From Psilocybe cubensis (Eukaryota): a stretch of 64,000 bases of DNA. The stretch's first letter is position 1, and each line of letters opens with the position of its first letter. The notes below the pieces were generated by a model, which worked only from the letters and a program-made list of their open reading frames with translations, searched no databases and had not been told where the DNA came from. The DNA is taken from contig CM039006.1 of assembly GCA_017499595.2 (NCBI GenBank), positions 124,001 through 188,000 of the forward strand, read 5' to 3'. This document shows positions 23,536 to 36,796 of the stretch, piece by piece. The translations under genes were made by a program, and so were the position numbers.

Positions 23536-24825
23536 AATCCATTGAAGGAAATATTATGAACATTTACATTCAGGAATATAAGCGTACTTGACTGGCTGTA
23601 AAGATGTTGACTGGGAGATAGTAAAGGAGATTAGCAAGAGAATTTGTCCTGCTTGTGGAAGACTTGAGACCTTCGGACCCCTGAAATAATCGAACCATGA
23701 GCTATGCCCTGATATTATGATAAAATAAGTGTTTGCCCCAGGTATCAAATAGATCAAGTAAGTTATGGTAATAAGCAATGGACAGACAAACGGTCGTGAG
23801 TTATCACTCACAACTGTAAGTTGCCACTGTACAGGGCCCCTTGAGTCAAAACCTACTCTGGCAAAGTGGTCGTGAAAAATATCTCTCGGTATTGATTAGG
23901 CATCTTTTAATCAATTTTCCAGGTTTTAAATTGCTTTCTCTCCCTTATAAAGTGTATAGAGAATGGCCTATTTCGAAACCAACTTCTTGAGGTTTAACTG
24001 CCGACTTGCCGATGATTTGGAGCATCATATTGGGCAATATTTTCACTGCCCGACGGTGAGTGACCCTCCGACGACCTCGTCTCCCCTGGACAGAATTCGA
24101 TATAATTCAACATGTACACAATTATATGAAGCCTCTTTCTATTGCACCCCTCAAACCTTCCCCAAATCTGCCCGAAAGACCTACAAAGGAACTAAAAATA
24201 ATTGTCTGTCACGTGAAATAAAGGCGACGAATTTCAAAGTCCGTAAGTTACGTAAGTTTTTTACCACCGAGTGATAGGCGATCAACGTCACTTGTGAAAT
24301 GGAACACAGTAGTCGAACAGTCAAACAACATTGATACTGTATGTAACGCCTGTCTCCGCAGAAACCCATTCCAATCTGTTCAGCTTCGGTTCAACGTCAC
24401 TGCAAGACAGTGCAAGTCTCAAGACCACTGCGTCAGGGGCCTGCCGCGGCCCCTATGTATGACAATTGTCGACTCACCGCCGCCAGCGCATTGGAACTCA
24501 GCCCAGGCCTCAACCGACTGTGCCAAAGACAGAACGCGTGAGAGAGAATCATGGCGTTCAAGGGGGGCATGGGCTTAATCAAGGACAATGTCGATCTGCC
24601 ATGAGACGACGCAGACAGTCCGAATGCTGATGCAGATGGCGATACAGGCAGGAGCTATATAATATGGTAGCATATCCAGGTCATGGTACGTTTAGGCTCT
24701 TGCTTTCCTTCCTCCTTCCATTCACGGGCGTGTCAATACTAATAGACGTTCTTTTCTTCTGGCTTCGCTCCATCTCAGAGGTCCCTACTCTAAATACTCT
24801 CTAAGGCCACTCCACTCAAGGCAAA

Positions 24826-25837
24826 ATGCTTTCATTACCTACCCTTATATCCCTTGCCCTCGTCAGTGTCGGGCATCTTTCGTCTTTCGTACAAGGTGCT
24901 TCATTTGCAGTACAAGTGGGCGCTAATGGTGCATTGGAGTACTCTCCGTCGTCAATCACTGCCACGGATGGAGACGAGGTTGTATTTACATTGTGCGTAA
25001 ATGTCTTTTTCACCGCTTCCTACATCTTCGTGGCATATATTCCATACATTGTATCACTGAATTTTGTTTTTCAGCAACCCTAAAAACCACACGGTTACAC
25101 AAACATCGTTTGCGTCCCCATGTGCACCACTCGAAGGTGGATTCGACACAGGCTTGTGGGTGTCTTCTCTTTTGCAATTCCATTTCGTTATAAACCATCT
25201 CGTCCCATACATCCAATCATCCATCGCCTACCTACTCCTAATCTCCACAATAAAAGTTAAGATGCTAACCTAACTCCCCCCCTAAAGTGTCCCCATTTCT
25301 TCTGGCACAACTACAAAAACGTTCACCATTCCTACGGGAACTGGCAACTCTCCACTCTGGTTCTCCTGCTCACAAAGTACACATTGCCAGCAGGGTATGG
25401 TCTTCGCCATTAACCCACCTGCCGCTCCGGCTTCAGGTGTAGATCATACCTTCCCCGCGTTTAAAGCTAACGCGCAAGGCCTTGCGGGAATCAACACTTC
25501 TCCTAACGCCGGTACAGGTGTACCAAGCCCAACACCGGGGACGCTTGGTTCACACGACCCCAGCACAGCGAGTGGGAGTGTTTTCTCCGCCGCAAGCGTA
25601 AACGACGGTGCTACGGGCTCTGCTACTATCGCTGACGTGCCTACCACCACACAGCCGCTTCCGACAGGAGCAGCGGGAGCAGCGACGTTCTCTGCTAGCG
25701 ATTCCGGGAGCGGTAGTGCAGGAGCAAATCCGACGTCGAGCGCGAAGAACAGCGCGGCGAAGGGTAGGGGTGGTGCGGTCAAGGAGAGTGCGATGCTTGT
25801 TGGTGCAGTATTTTTCATCTTTGTAGGGTTTTTGTGA
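24826..25837 (+). CDS. Secreted cupredoxin-domain protein with Ser/Thr/Ala-rich tail, probably GPI-anchored
   Basis: Signal peptide; VQVGANGALEYSPSSITA..GDEVVFTF/NPKNHTVTQTSFASPC...PLWFSCSQSTHCQQGMVFAINP (type-1 Cu ligands H, C, H, M); hydrophobic C-terminus. Confidence 0.85.
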
Positions 25838-27085
25838 GATGAGTCTGCGGATGGAGATAAAAGTGAGGACGTAGAATTTAAATAGATGTACATATACCCG
25901 TCTTTTTAATATGTAATCCGGGATCCAGTGTGTTTTCACTTGTAGTAGCCCTATGTACCATTGTATTCTGGGCAGTTGCCCAAGTGTAGGGACTAAGGTT
26001 AATGTTTCTACATTCATTATATATCTATCTTTTTCTAATGGTAAATCAGAAAGTTTCTGAGCGCAGTGAACATGATTAGGACGGACCGGACATGAAAAGC
26101 AACAAAGCCCTCCCCTACGACCCCGTACTATGTTATGATGAACAGCTGAAAATCTTCACGACCAGTCCAAGTCTATTCCTCTTTATTGTCCTCATCTCGC
26201 TTTCGAAGTGCAGATACCGAGCCATCTTTGAAGCTCAGAACCCCTAACTTGACGCAGTTTCAAAGGACCTGAAGAGGTTGGCCTCAAGGTAACTCCGAAG
26301 GCTACAAGAAGATTGTACCTAGTCAGCAGTTGTAGGTGCATATTACTGACTGTCAAAGCTGCAACTGACCAGCTTCGGCGGTAATTGTCGCCCTCCCTTC
26401 CTGCTACATAAAATAGCATAAAATTCCAGAGTATCTTTGGCTTGTCCGACGATGCCCACTCATACAATCCTCATTAAAGCAATCCTCATGGCGGAAATTT
26501 AACGTTGTCCTCTTGGGTATAGGTTCAGGATATGTGGCTCGATTTGAATAGTTTGCTACTGTCTCAGAGAGTCAGAATATGGTCCTCTGATACGCGGATG
26601 GCACCAGCAGTGTAAGAATGGAATAGAGTCTCCACAACTGTTATTGTCTCGCTCCCATAGTAAAGCAGGTTACTCACCAATCGCCTTCCAGAAAGCTTGC
26701 GATTTTGGCTGCTATGCACGCCGCTATCCTTGCCATCACTGGCCCAGTTGATCCTACGCTGGCTTTTTCTCTCTGGATCGGAGGCGAGAGTATTAGCGGA
26801 TGTGTACTCTCCACCACGCAGTACTTTTCCATCAAGGTTTTCTCCATTCGCGACGGTGACATGTCCCTTCTACTACAAGAAGCCGACCATAAGCGATGGA
26901 AAGTCTTTGAGGAGCGTCACATTGTTGATTATCACCATCTCAATTCCAGCTGCCATGTTAATTTTTCTGGGCGATCCCTTTCTTTGTGGCGGGCGCTTGC
27001 AATCGGGGTGTTATTATATCATTTTGAGAAACAGAATCGAGGAATTGATAAAGGAATCGTAAAAAGGTGATAAGACTTGAGCATA

Positions 27086-27629
27086 CACGGCGGGCAAAAG
27101 TGCTGACTAGTCAGCCTGGGAGTTGGTCTGACCAGTCCCGTGACCATATCGTGACGCGTTCCGTGACGAATCAACTGACCAGTCAGGAGAGGTCACACAA
27201 ATGTTGTCACGCTGGTTAGGTATTGGTAAATGAGTTCAGTAACATAAGATTAAATGGGAATAAACCATTGTCTTCCGAAGCACTGTCACTGAGGAAAAGT
27301 AATGAATGACTCGGAATTGGATATTTCTTGTGTTTGGTTGAAATTCGGTCATTATTCAAACAAATGGATAACTAATCACGCTTTCAGAGTACTTGTGCAC
27401 GGTCACCCGACGTTGTTTAGAAGGCACACGACGCCCGCCCTGTGTAAGTCTGGGGCATAGAAAAGAAATCCTCTGTTCTACAATCAATGAGCGGAATTAC
27501 AGAAACTTAGCAGCGTGACAGTAAATGCGTGACAGCTACATGACTAGTCAGGTGACTAGTCAGCACACTGGTCAGGTGACTGGTCAGACCAACTCCCAGG
27601 CTGACTAGTCAGCACTTTTGCCCGCCGTG
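27086..27629. mobile_element. Non-autonomous CAC..GTG element with 3-bp TSD (CACTA/EnSpm-like MITE)
   Basis: Perfect 52-bp TIR CACGGCGGGCAAAAGTGCTGACTAGTCAGCCTGGGAGTTGGTCTGACCAGTC; TSD ATA (27083-27085, 27630-27632); repeated subterminal TGACTAGTCA/TGACCAGTCA motifs. Confidence 0.9.
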
Positions 27630-28592
27630 ATACGCGTTCAATTTAACGACACGTGATTATCCGTTCTACGCGTCGCGTGCCTTGGGAAAAGAAACACGAT
27701 GGATAGGGGGTACGTATGCGATAGCTAAACCAGTAGTGCTTACTTAACCTTGAAAAAATTAAATCGGGCCCTATTTCTGCATCTTTGTGATAATTTAATA
27801 CACTGGTTATGACATGGAAGTGCTGATTACTCGGCATAGCTGTCTTGGGTTTGATGCTGTTGCCCGTTTCCATTAAAGTAGGCAGATATCAAGTAGCTCT
27901 TGAAAGCCCCTGAGTCATGGGTCATGATGACTTTATTCTCTAGAGCAGCGAGAAAAGATACCGCTTTTCTAGGAATACGCTCTCCCACAATGTGCTGATG
28001 GGAATCAGTCCGTGGAGAAATTGGAAAGCATCTCATTTAATTGTTTACACACGCTCCAATGCTCGCAGCGTAACCGGTTGCTGAACAGTTTCCCACAGTA
28101 ATCCACGTCTGTAACCTTGATTACCAGCGCAAATCTATCCTGCCATAACAAGTGAGTTACGCACAGCCTTTCCTCGGGTATTTGCGCCATCAAAGTTAGA
28201 GATTGAGTGATGTGTTCGCTAACCACGGCTGACATGTGCCTTTTACTTACAAAGGAACCACAGCGGGCAAATCATCTATTAGTATTATATATGAAGTGTC
28301 ATAAATTTTGTTAAGAATATTGTATTGTCGTATTGTAATAGGGGCGACGACATCTCTGTGAATAAACATGTGCTATGCAGCCCAAAACATCCAATATACA
28401 CCCATGTCCTGGTATAAATAACTCGACATTATGACCCTCATTGATAAACCACTAGCTTCAGCGTCGGGTCTGACGCTCACTACGACGTCAAGGCTGTCAC
28501 CTTTAGAATCCACGAAGCCGAGTTAAATAGTGAGATGATCAATGATTTATGCATTTCCTTCCGCCTGAATATCTCGAATCCTATCATCAGCC

Positions 28593-30155
28593 ATGGCGAC
28601 AGCATTACCTCCCTTACCACCGGACGTGGCTTCAAAGTAAGCTCTGTTCTGTTCAGGAACGACCTTAGAGATTGCTTAAACAGTTGTGAAATAGAGTTGG
28701 ACCCAGAGTACGTAGTTTCGAGCTTTATACCAACAGAGCTATCTCAGTAGCTCTCCCCTGAGCCTGCCTTGCGCTAAAGCTGACATTTATAAACTAAAGC
28801 TGATAGGATATCTTTTCAACTATGGGCTATTCGGCCTCCTCACGATGCAAGTTTGTTAGTAAATATACTTCTGATATGATACGAATACTCATGTCGGTTA
28901 TTTTGTACCTGCATTTCCGCAGTCATGTACTACCTATCCTTTCCCAATGACCCCCTGCGAAACAAGGTCCTTGTATACACCATCTTCGCGTTCGAAGTTC
29001 TGCAGACTATCATAGTGACGATATCCGCGTATCATGTTTTCGCTACCGGATATGGGAATTTTGCAGTCTACAATGCCGTTGATTTGGCATGGCTTGATGT
29101 ACCAGTGATAAGTGGAATTGGTATGATTTCAATATTATTACACAAATGGTGTTATGTGGCTGATCCCCTTGCTCTATTATTTATAATTAGTCGCATTTAT
29201 TGCAGAAGGCTTCTATGCGTATCGCATTAGCCTCTTGTCTCAATCGTACTATGTAGCAGGTGTGATTGTAGTGGTAAGTTTGCGTTGAGTCGGACAAATT
29301 TTCCACTAACTGCACCCATTGCACAGCTTGCCACGGTTCAGCTCGCAGGGTCAATTGCGGCTGCAGTGGTTCTCAAAAACGCAGACATGTTCAGTCGGCT
29401 ACTGGGTGTAGACTACTCAATTACAGCTGCTGTAAGTTTTAATCTATAGAAGGTGATGTGTTGCTGACCTGGGCATTCAGATCTGGAATGGAGGAAGCGC
29501 CTTGTGTGACGCCATCATCGCGATATGCATGACTTATTATGTGAGTAAATTTGCATGACCATTTTTGGTATGTCCAGGACCGGGTAACGAATAACTTCCA
29601 GCTAAGTAAACGAGGATCCGAGAGTATGAAAACGACCAATGTAATTGTCAGAAGGGTGATTAGGCTGGTAATCGAAACGGGGACTGTTACAGGTAAGCTC
29701 TTGAGGAAACTGAATGCCTCGACCAATTATGAACCTCTTTGCTCACTATGATAACGTCTATTTTTGTCCTGACAACAAATCCTATTTCTCCAGCCGCTAT
29801 AGCAATAATTAATCTTATTCTCTCCGTCCTTCCATCCAAGCCGGCGTACTACCAAATTCCTTCGGTTCTCTTAGCAAAGGTATACTCCAACTCGATGATG
29901 GCAGTATTCAACAGCAGAATTATTGCATATGGGAAGGAGCACAGTGAAGTCAACGACAATATTTCTGGGGCGACATCCGCGATGGGGAGAGGCGTTGGGC
30001 CGTTCCGAGCCAATCCTGGAATCAGCGTTCATCGCCAGGTAATGCACGAAGGGGAGACTTTCGAGCTAAGGGGGGCTCTAGCTATGGGTACACACAGTGG
30101 TCGCGGTGATTCACGAGATGCTGATGACGAATATTCTTTGGGTACATCCAAGTAG
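28593..30155 (+). CDS. DUF6534-like multi-pass membrane protein (copy 1)
   Basis: MATALPPLPPD..GPELIGYLFNYGLFGLLTMQVYMYYLSFPND...IWNGGSALCDAIIAICMTYY...RVIRLVIETGTVT...LAKVYSNSMMAVFNSR; multiple GT-AG introns. Confidence 0.82.
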
Positions 30156-31955
30156 TCAATCACCTAAAAGAAATGTATATGTAATGACCAAAAATTTTAA
30201 CGCTTCTACATTATGGTTAGCTCAGGCCGAGAACCCCAATACTTTGCTAAACGCTGATTTAGATATAAGTAGAAGAACACTCATATACCCTTAATCGTCA
30301 ATGTCGGCAGTCAGTGAGAAAGGAGAGTACAAAATCCCTGCTCGCAGAAATCAAAACACTGTCAGAACAAAGCACAGTTATCAGCGTGCTACCATCATTA
30401 TCACCGTCCACACTCTCATCTGAATCTGTTCAGCTTAATATCAATCCTCTCAAAAATCATGGATCCTTTTGGGCTATCTCAATGTCATTGTTATCGGCGG
30501 TTTCCAAGTGATATATTTTGTACGGTCAATTTATACACTTGTTTAGAAAGAAAGGTCAGGTTTCTGATTGAATGTTACTGTTTTTATGAGATCTCAAAGG
30601 ACATCGATGTTAGCAATCCTACACAATACTCCGACCCAGGTAAAAACGATGATGATATGAAGAATATGACGGTCTCGACTGGTATGGTTTCAAAGCAAAT
30701 CAAGAAGTCGGAATATGGGTCATTGTAATTGCAATGCAGGGGAAACAAGTGAAAAATCTACAAATCATCTGCTTGACCTATTAAAAGTGATCAGTAGTAA
30801 ATAGAGTCTTGGATTAAAAAAGATAATGGAAATGAGCTGCCTCCCTTCGGAGATAGCAGCAATGAGCGCTCGATTGCCATTTCACTCGTGGACGAATGAG
30901 AAGAAATAAACGGCGGTGACACGGAAGTCGATGTAATATCATTCGCCGTGATGAACTTGTGAGAGTCGTTAAACCAATGACGACAGTGTCGTTCTCTGTG
31001 GTTAACATTAACAGTAGTAGCGCATGTCCAATAAAGTCTGTCGCAGGCTGATTGTAAATTCATGTGTTGCAGTTGCTGGAGGCTTAGCAAATGTACATGT
31101 TATAAACTAAAAGAGGTGACAAATGTACCAGGAGAATACGCAAAAATACACCTTTCTCTTAAGACACATGTGAAAGGTTTTGTGGGTCATATATAGGGCT
31201 CAATATTTAGAGCGCTGAATATTAATAGTAGCGTCTAAGTTCGTCCATCAGGCCTACTCGATTTAGGACATGTTGCGGAGGTAGCATATATGTACAGCAA
31301 ATTTTAGGCGCGGGTGCCCAATGGCCCTGAGTATAGGAATCCATCTAAACTTTTAGAACCGACCTTGTATATAGCAGGCTTCCGTTATAGCCATCGTTTC
31401 ACACCAGACACAGAATCTTGGTGAGGCAGACTTAGGTGGTAGTCACTAATTTCAGATTTGCCATCAACGTCAAGGATTGCTTAGGTTTAAAGTACTAACC
31501 TATTGCGCTTATAGCTGCTAATCCTCTATTATCGTCCCTTTGAAGGACAACAGATTTGTTTCGATGGCGGCTTGTGCACATCTTAAAATAACATTGAGAT
31601 TTCTGCTGTGATCTCGCACGCAACTGCTTCGGCTAAAGGTTTATAGCAATAGAGATTTGTAGGTCCAAATGTTATACTGTATAAATTCATAGGGATGGAG
31701 ATCCTGCATGCTGGAAATCTCTTCCAAATTTTTCGCCTTCTTGTATTAAACTCACTTGATAGATCATCAAGCCACCACTCGAAAGACTTTGTGGGAGAAT
31801 GGATCTTATAATAATTGTAACAAGGGTCCAGGAATAGAGCCTGAGGCATTCGATGGCGCAGATGCATTAATTTTATCGCACTCGAATAATAGATAAACTG
31901 AATCGTTGGATCCCGCGTTTTTACAACTTTCCTCTGCCAGATAAAGTGTTCATTT

Positions 31956-33345
31956 ATGTCTTCTAACGGCACTGTTGTCAATATCCCCGACAATATCGTC
32001 GTCAAGTATGTTACCACATTTTATCAACCATAGGAAGTGTATTGAATTTCTATTCTTGCAGGACGGGCCCTCGAGTTAGTCACAGCGGTTATCAATTATT
32101 ACACTACATTAAAATATTCACAGATTTTAGGTTTTCTATTCCATTGGGGTCTTTTCGGCGCCTTGTGTGTCCAAGTTTGTGAGAATGGTTGTCAGTTTAC
32201 AAATTATCAACTAACACCATGTTTGAATAGATCTTTATCATCTCGCCTTCCCCAGAGACCCCAAGAGAAATAAAATTCTGGTTTGGACGGTCTTCGCTCT
32301 TGAGTTCACCCAGACAATGATGATCACCAATTCTGCATTTACCGTCTTTGGAAGTGGTTATGGACAATTTGCGGACTTTAACAAGGTTGACCTCGCCTGG
32401 TTTGAGGTGCCCATTATTACCGGAATTGGTCAGTGATATGTTCCTTACACTGTGTTAATCTAACGCAGCACCACAGTCGCTTTTATAGCTGAAGCATTTT
32501 ATGCATATCGAATAAGTGTTTTGGCACAATCGTACTGGGTAGCAGGTGTTATCCTACTGGTGAGGGATTTAACACCGTCGGGAAATAGCATAATCTAAAC
32601 GTTACTACAAGCTTGCAACTGTGCAGCTAGCGGGTGCTCTAGCCGCTGGAATAATTCTAAAGCGGGCAGTTCTTTTCAGTCATCTTCTAGGTCGCTCATA
32701 TTCCATCTCTGCCGGTGTAAGTAGATGCCTATTAAAATAATTAACAACTGTTGACAAGATGCTGTCAGATATGGAATGGTGGAAGTGCTGCGTGCGATGT
32801 TATCATTGCCGTTGTTATGACTTACTACGTAGGTTTAGACCTCTCGAGAATTGTGACTCTGCTAATGAACCCAGCTTTTGAAACGAGGATCTGGTACAAT
32901 GAAGGAAACAAATGCGCTTCTGAAGCGAGTGATTACTTTGGTCATCGAGACTGGATCCATTACTGGTATGTTTATATCTTTTGGATATGAACTAAGTTCC
33001 TGATTCGTATATTTAGCTGCGGTAGCTATTCTAGATCTTGTCCTGGTTGTTTTACCCAGTCAGCCATCCTACTATTTAACACCTTCCGAAACTTTGGCCA
33101 AGTTTTATTCCAATTCAATGATGGTGGTTCTAAATAGCCGTATGAGAATTGGGATCGAACCTGGCTATGAGGGAGGGAGTAACAGTACTACTGCTCGTAT
33201 TAGGACAGGGGTAACTACAGCGGCTACCCATACGATGGACACTGACGCATACGAGCTGGGAGATGGAATTGTTGTTGCCCGTGAGCAGGTGCTTTTTCCG
33301 AATGGCAAGGAGTCGAGCATAGGTCAAAAGGGGTATCTGGTGTAG
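31956..33345 (+). CDS. DUF6534-like multi-pass membrane protein (copy 2, tandem paralogue)
   Basis: GFLFHWGLFGALCVQV..YHLAFPRD...IWNGGSAACDVIIAVVMTYY...RVITLVIETGSIT...LAKFYSNSMMVVLNSR; same exon layout as copy 1. Confidence 0.82.
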
Positions 33346-33756
33346 AAAACATTGATCAATAGATTCCTTACAAAATATCAAGATTATATAGTAAGTTAGT
33401 GAATCATGCCTTACTACTACATGGGACATTCAAGTTCTACTATTGCAGGTACAATACTCAACGCAGTATTGTACAATGACATTTATATAATGACATACTC
33501 ACAGCCATTTTTCTTCTATTTGTGTGCCTAAAGACGTTCCACAGATGGTCAGCGCATGTGGTTTACGAGATCCATCTCTCAGAGAAAAAGGAAGTTAAAC
33601 GCAACGACGACGCGCTGCGGTCCCGTGTCAGAGGTGAGATATCACGTGCTTAGTACTTTTGTGACCCGAAACCGTCCTCTCTGACTCTCACTATGGGCGC
33701 CCACCAACTTGGTGCCACACGACAGTTTACACCAAGTTACCCCCTTCGTACCTTTG

Positions 33757-35321
33757 ATGGACTGCAAAATATGCGAACTCAAGCAACGTCAATTCTACTG
33801 TGAAAACTGCTTGAAAACTCAGTAAAGTCTTTACCTTTTCAATTCTCCGAAATCTTCGCCTTATCGTTGCCTACAGCGTACATGACTTTCAACAACAAAC
33901 CAAACACTATGCTCTCGACAGGGATGAACATGTATCAAAAGCGACGAACTCTCTTGATGAGACAATGTTTCCGGCTCGATTGACCAGAGCAGCTCTTGCT
34001 GATCGTCAGAGGCAAGTAGAAGAACTTCAAGTTGGCTTGGCTAAATTAAGGAAAGAGAATGAGAAGAGTCTGTCTCAATTCAACACCCGTATGATGCAAA
34101 GCGCTAATTCTGTTGCAGAACGCGATCGATTGCGAACGTTACGCGAAACACTAGCCTCAAGACGTCGAACATTGTCTGCTGCAAAACTCCAAACGTCGTC
34201 GTCTAGGCCTTCCAATCTCCATTCGACTACCGCCTTGCCACAAACCTTCCCGCCAAGTCGAGAGTCAGAGGCTCTTCTCAGTATATCAGCAACTATAGCT
34301 CGGGCGCGATCGGGACTTGTTCAGGAACTTGTGGAAGTGTTCAACGTAGTTGAAGTGGGTGGTAGGCCACCCATTGGCGGCAAAGCAGGGACCAAAGGTG
34401 AATGGACAATTGGCGATCTCATTCTCCCCGTTCCCGGAGATATACGACGTATGGAGCATGTTCATTATCCTTCGGCGCAGCACTAATAATCAACAAGGAT
34501 ACCCACCAGATCATATCAACGCTGTCCTGACACACACGATTCACTTTTTGTCACTTCTTACGTTCTATTTGGGCATAAAGCTTCCTTTTGAGATCATATG
34601 GACTGGTGGTAAGCTAGGCGTTGGCCAACCTTGGATAGGGGCATCAAAGGGCGGCGAATATGGTGGTTGGGCGAGGTATGATTGTCAGTTTGCTTGAAAA
34701 TTAGTTTTGGTTGACGGTTGACATTCAGATGGTATACCAAACATCCACTGCACCTGACCTCTTCCTCTGTTCCAACACCACCGCCGTCATCTATCATTCC
34801 TAAACAAGTGTCTCATAGCGATTCGGCTACCCACTCTTCCCCCTTTACTCTGACCGCGTCTGTATTGGCATCTGACCCCCCTGAATCTTCCTTGCAATCT
34901 TCCTTTATGACCGCCTTATCCATGCTTCTGTATGATGTCTGTTATCTCGCATTCACTCAGAACGTCGACGTGCCACTTAGTCAAGCAGGGGATATACTCA
35001 GTAACCTTTGGATGGTCTGCTGCAGCGCCGACCTAGGCAAGTGCGTGTCATATCATCATCTTACAAATGAATATGCACTAACTATCATTCAGGAAGTCGC
35101 ACGAATCATACCCTACACTTCCACCTCCTACGCCACCGTCTTTTCCTTTAGACTTTGCACAACTCCTACAAGCTACAACTGCCAATCCCTCCTCCAGACC
35201 TCGTACAAGACACCCTGCAAGCCGCACAGGGGTTGGCGGTGTAAAGCCCAAAGAGAGGATATTAGACACCCCAAAAGAAGATGAAGAAGATGGGTGGGAT
35301 CTTGTTGATGATGACGTGTAA
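33757..35321 (+). CDS. Atg14/UVRAG(Vps38)-family PI3K complex subunit
   Basis: N-terminal CxxC...CxxC (MDCKICELKQRQFYCENC), coiled-coil region, HINAVLTHTIHFLSLLTFYLGIKLPF, FMTALSMLLYDVCYLAFTQ, acidic C-terminus EDGWDLVDDDV*. Confidence 0.75.
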
Positions 35322-35590
35322 TTTTATGAAATAGCTGTGTATTCTACCTTGTTATTCATCGTGTATTGTGTACTTGTGTTGATAAACTTCCTATCCCATT
35401 TCCTCGCTTTTTCGCGTTGTCTTTCTCTGTATGCTATGGCTTTCGTAAAAGCAATATCTCATTTAAGACCTTTCTCAAATCTCGACGGTGGTGCATTTTG
35501 AGAAATGGTGCACAGTTTTATTTTCGAATTTATATCTAGCATCCTTTTCCAACGTCCTTCTTTACCCAAATCTATGTTGGGATCTCTCAC

Positions 35591-35881
35591 TTAAGGGATG
35601 TCTCCCTCAAAGGTCGTGGCGCAGAACTATTATCGTAATTTAGTCCAGTCTGAGCATTATCATGTTATCGCACTTACGGCGGGTACTTGGCCAGCCTCCT
35701 GCTCAATTGAGCACGAAATACCGCAAGTGCACGTCTCAGTGCAACATACGCCTGGGTTGGTCAAGAAGCATGTCGAACCAGCGGGTAAACAGCGGCGCTC
35801 GAATTCGCTTTCTGGAAGCACAGCGGCGCTGACGAACGTTACTGCGAGCGCTAGAAGAGGATATGCGCGAAGGATGAACAT
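35591..35881 (-). CDS. Secreted 8-Cys knottin-like propeptide 2
   Basis: MFILRAYPLLALAVTFVSAAVLPESEFERR + CLPAGSTCFLTNPGVCCTETCTCGISCSIEQEAGQVPA / FCATTFEGDIP*; same intron position as 23243-23535. Confidence 0.82.
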
Positions 35882-36796
35882 TCTTAGGTACGATTCAGTG
35901 TGCTGGAGTACTAATAGGCCTTGGGTGTAGCAATTCGCTTTGACCAAGTCAAGTCGGCCTTTATACGTTTTTTGTTTTGGCTTTCAATCTTCACGGGACT
36001 TTCTGCATAGTAGAATAAGGCCAGTCTGAAAATATAATTCCAGATCCATATGTCCTATCTCATGAATAGCGTGAGGGTTGAAGAATAATTTTATGGCCAA
36101 AAATAACCGAGTCTGCTAATAGCACTTACTGGGATAGATTTAGGTGTAAGTCCTCCTGTAGAGTTCTCTGCTCCTTCACTCAGCACTAGATGATGACCTT
36201 ACTTGACGCGTCGTTCATTGACATTTAATGCACCCAGAAACATTCTTAGCCAAGGAATACCATACAGCAATGGGTCGCCCACATTGGCAGTTATCGAGGA
36301 CTCCCACATTCTACATTCCCTACTCCACAAACAATTTGAACTATCTGTCAAAACAAAAAGTGGAGTTTCTTGAGCGCTGTATAAGAGCGCCTTGAATACC
36401 ATTGATGCTAATTTTGTATGGGAACGACTATAATTATAAATTGAAAAACCCAATTCTTTCTTTATCCACAAACGTGCATGCTACAAAGCGTTAAGGTAAA
36501 CTTCCACGGTGGAACATTTATGCCTAACAGACTCGCACTGTCGCTATTTCTGTTGAGAAATGCCCAGGTGCTGAGAAATTTCCAGGTAACGAATATGTAA
36601 GATTTGCTTGCAAAGGGGTTCAAGCGACCTCGAGTCTCGATTACTGTCTTGGATTTTTTCATCTTAAGGTGGTTATGAATTGACACTCGCAGCGAGGTCC
36701 GAGTAACTTAAAGGCTCGAAGGATATACGATAAATATTGTGCTTTGTATGGTAATCAAATATACATTGAATACCAAAGTCAAACTCAAATTTAATA

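Noticed and set aside
26100-27070. Possible gene or TE remnant next to the CAC..GTG element
   Set aside because: Short ORFs on both strands with no recognisable motif; cannot be supported.
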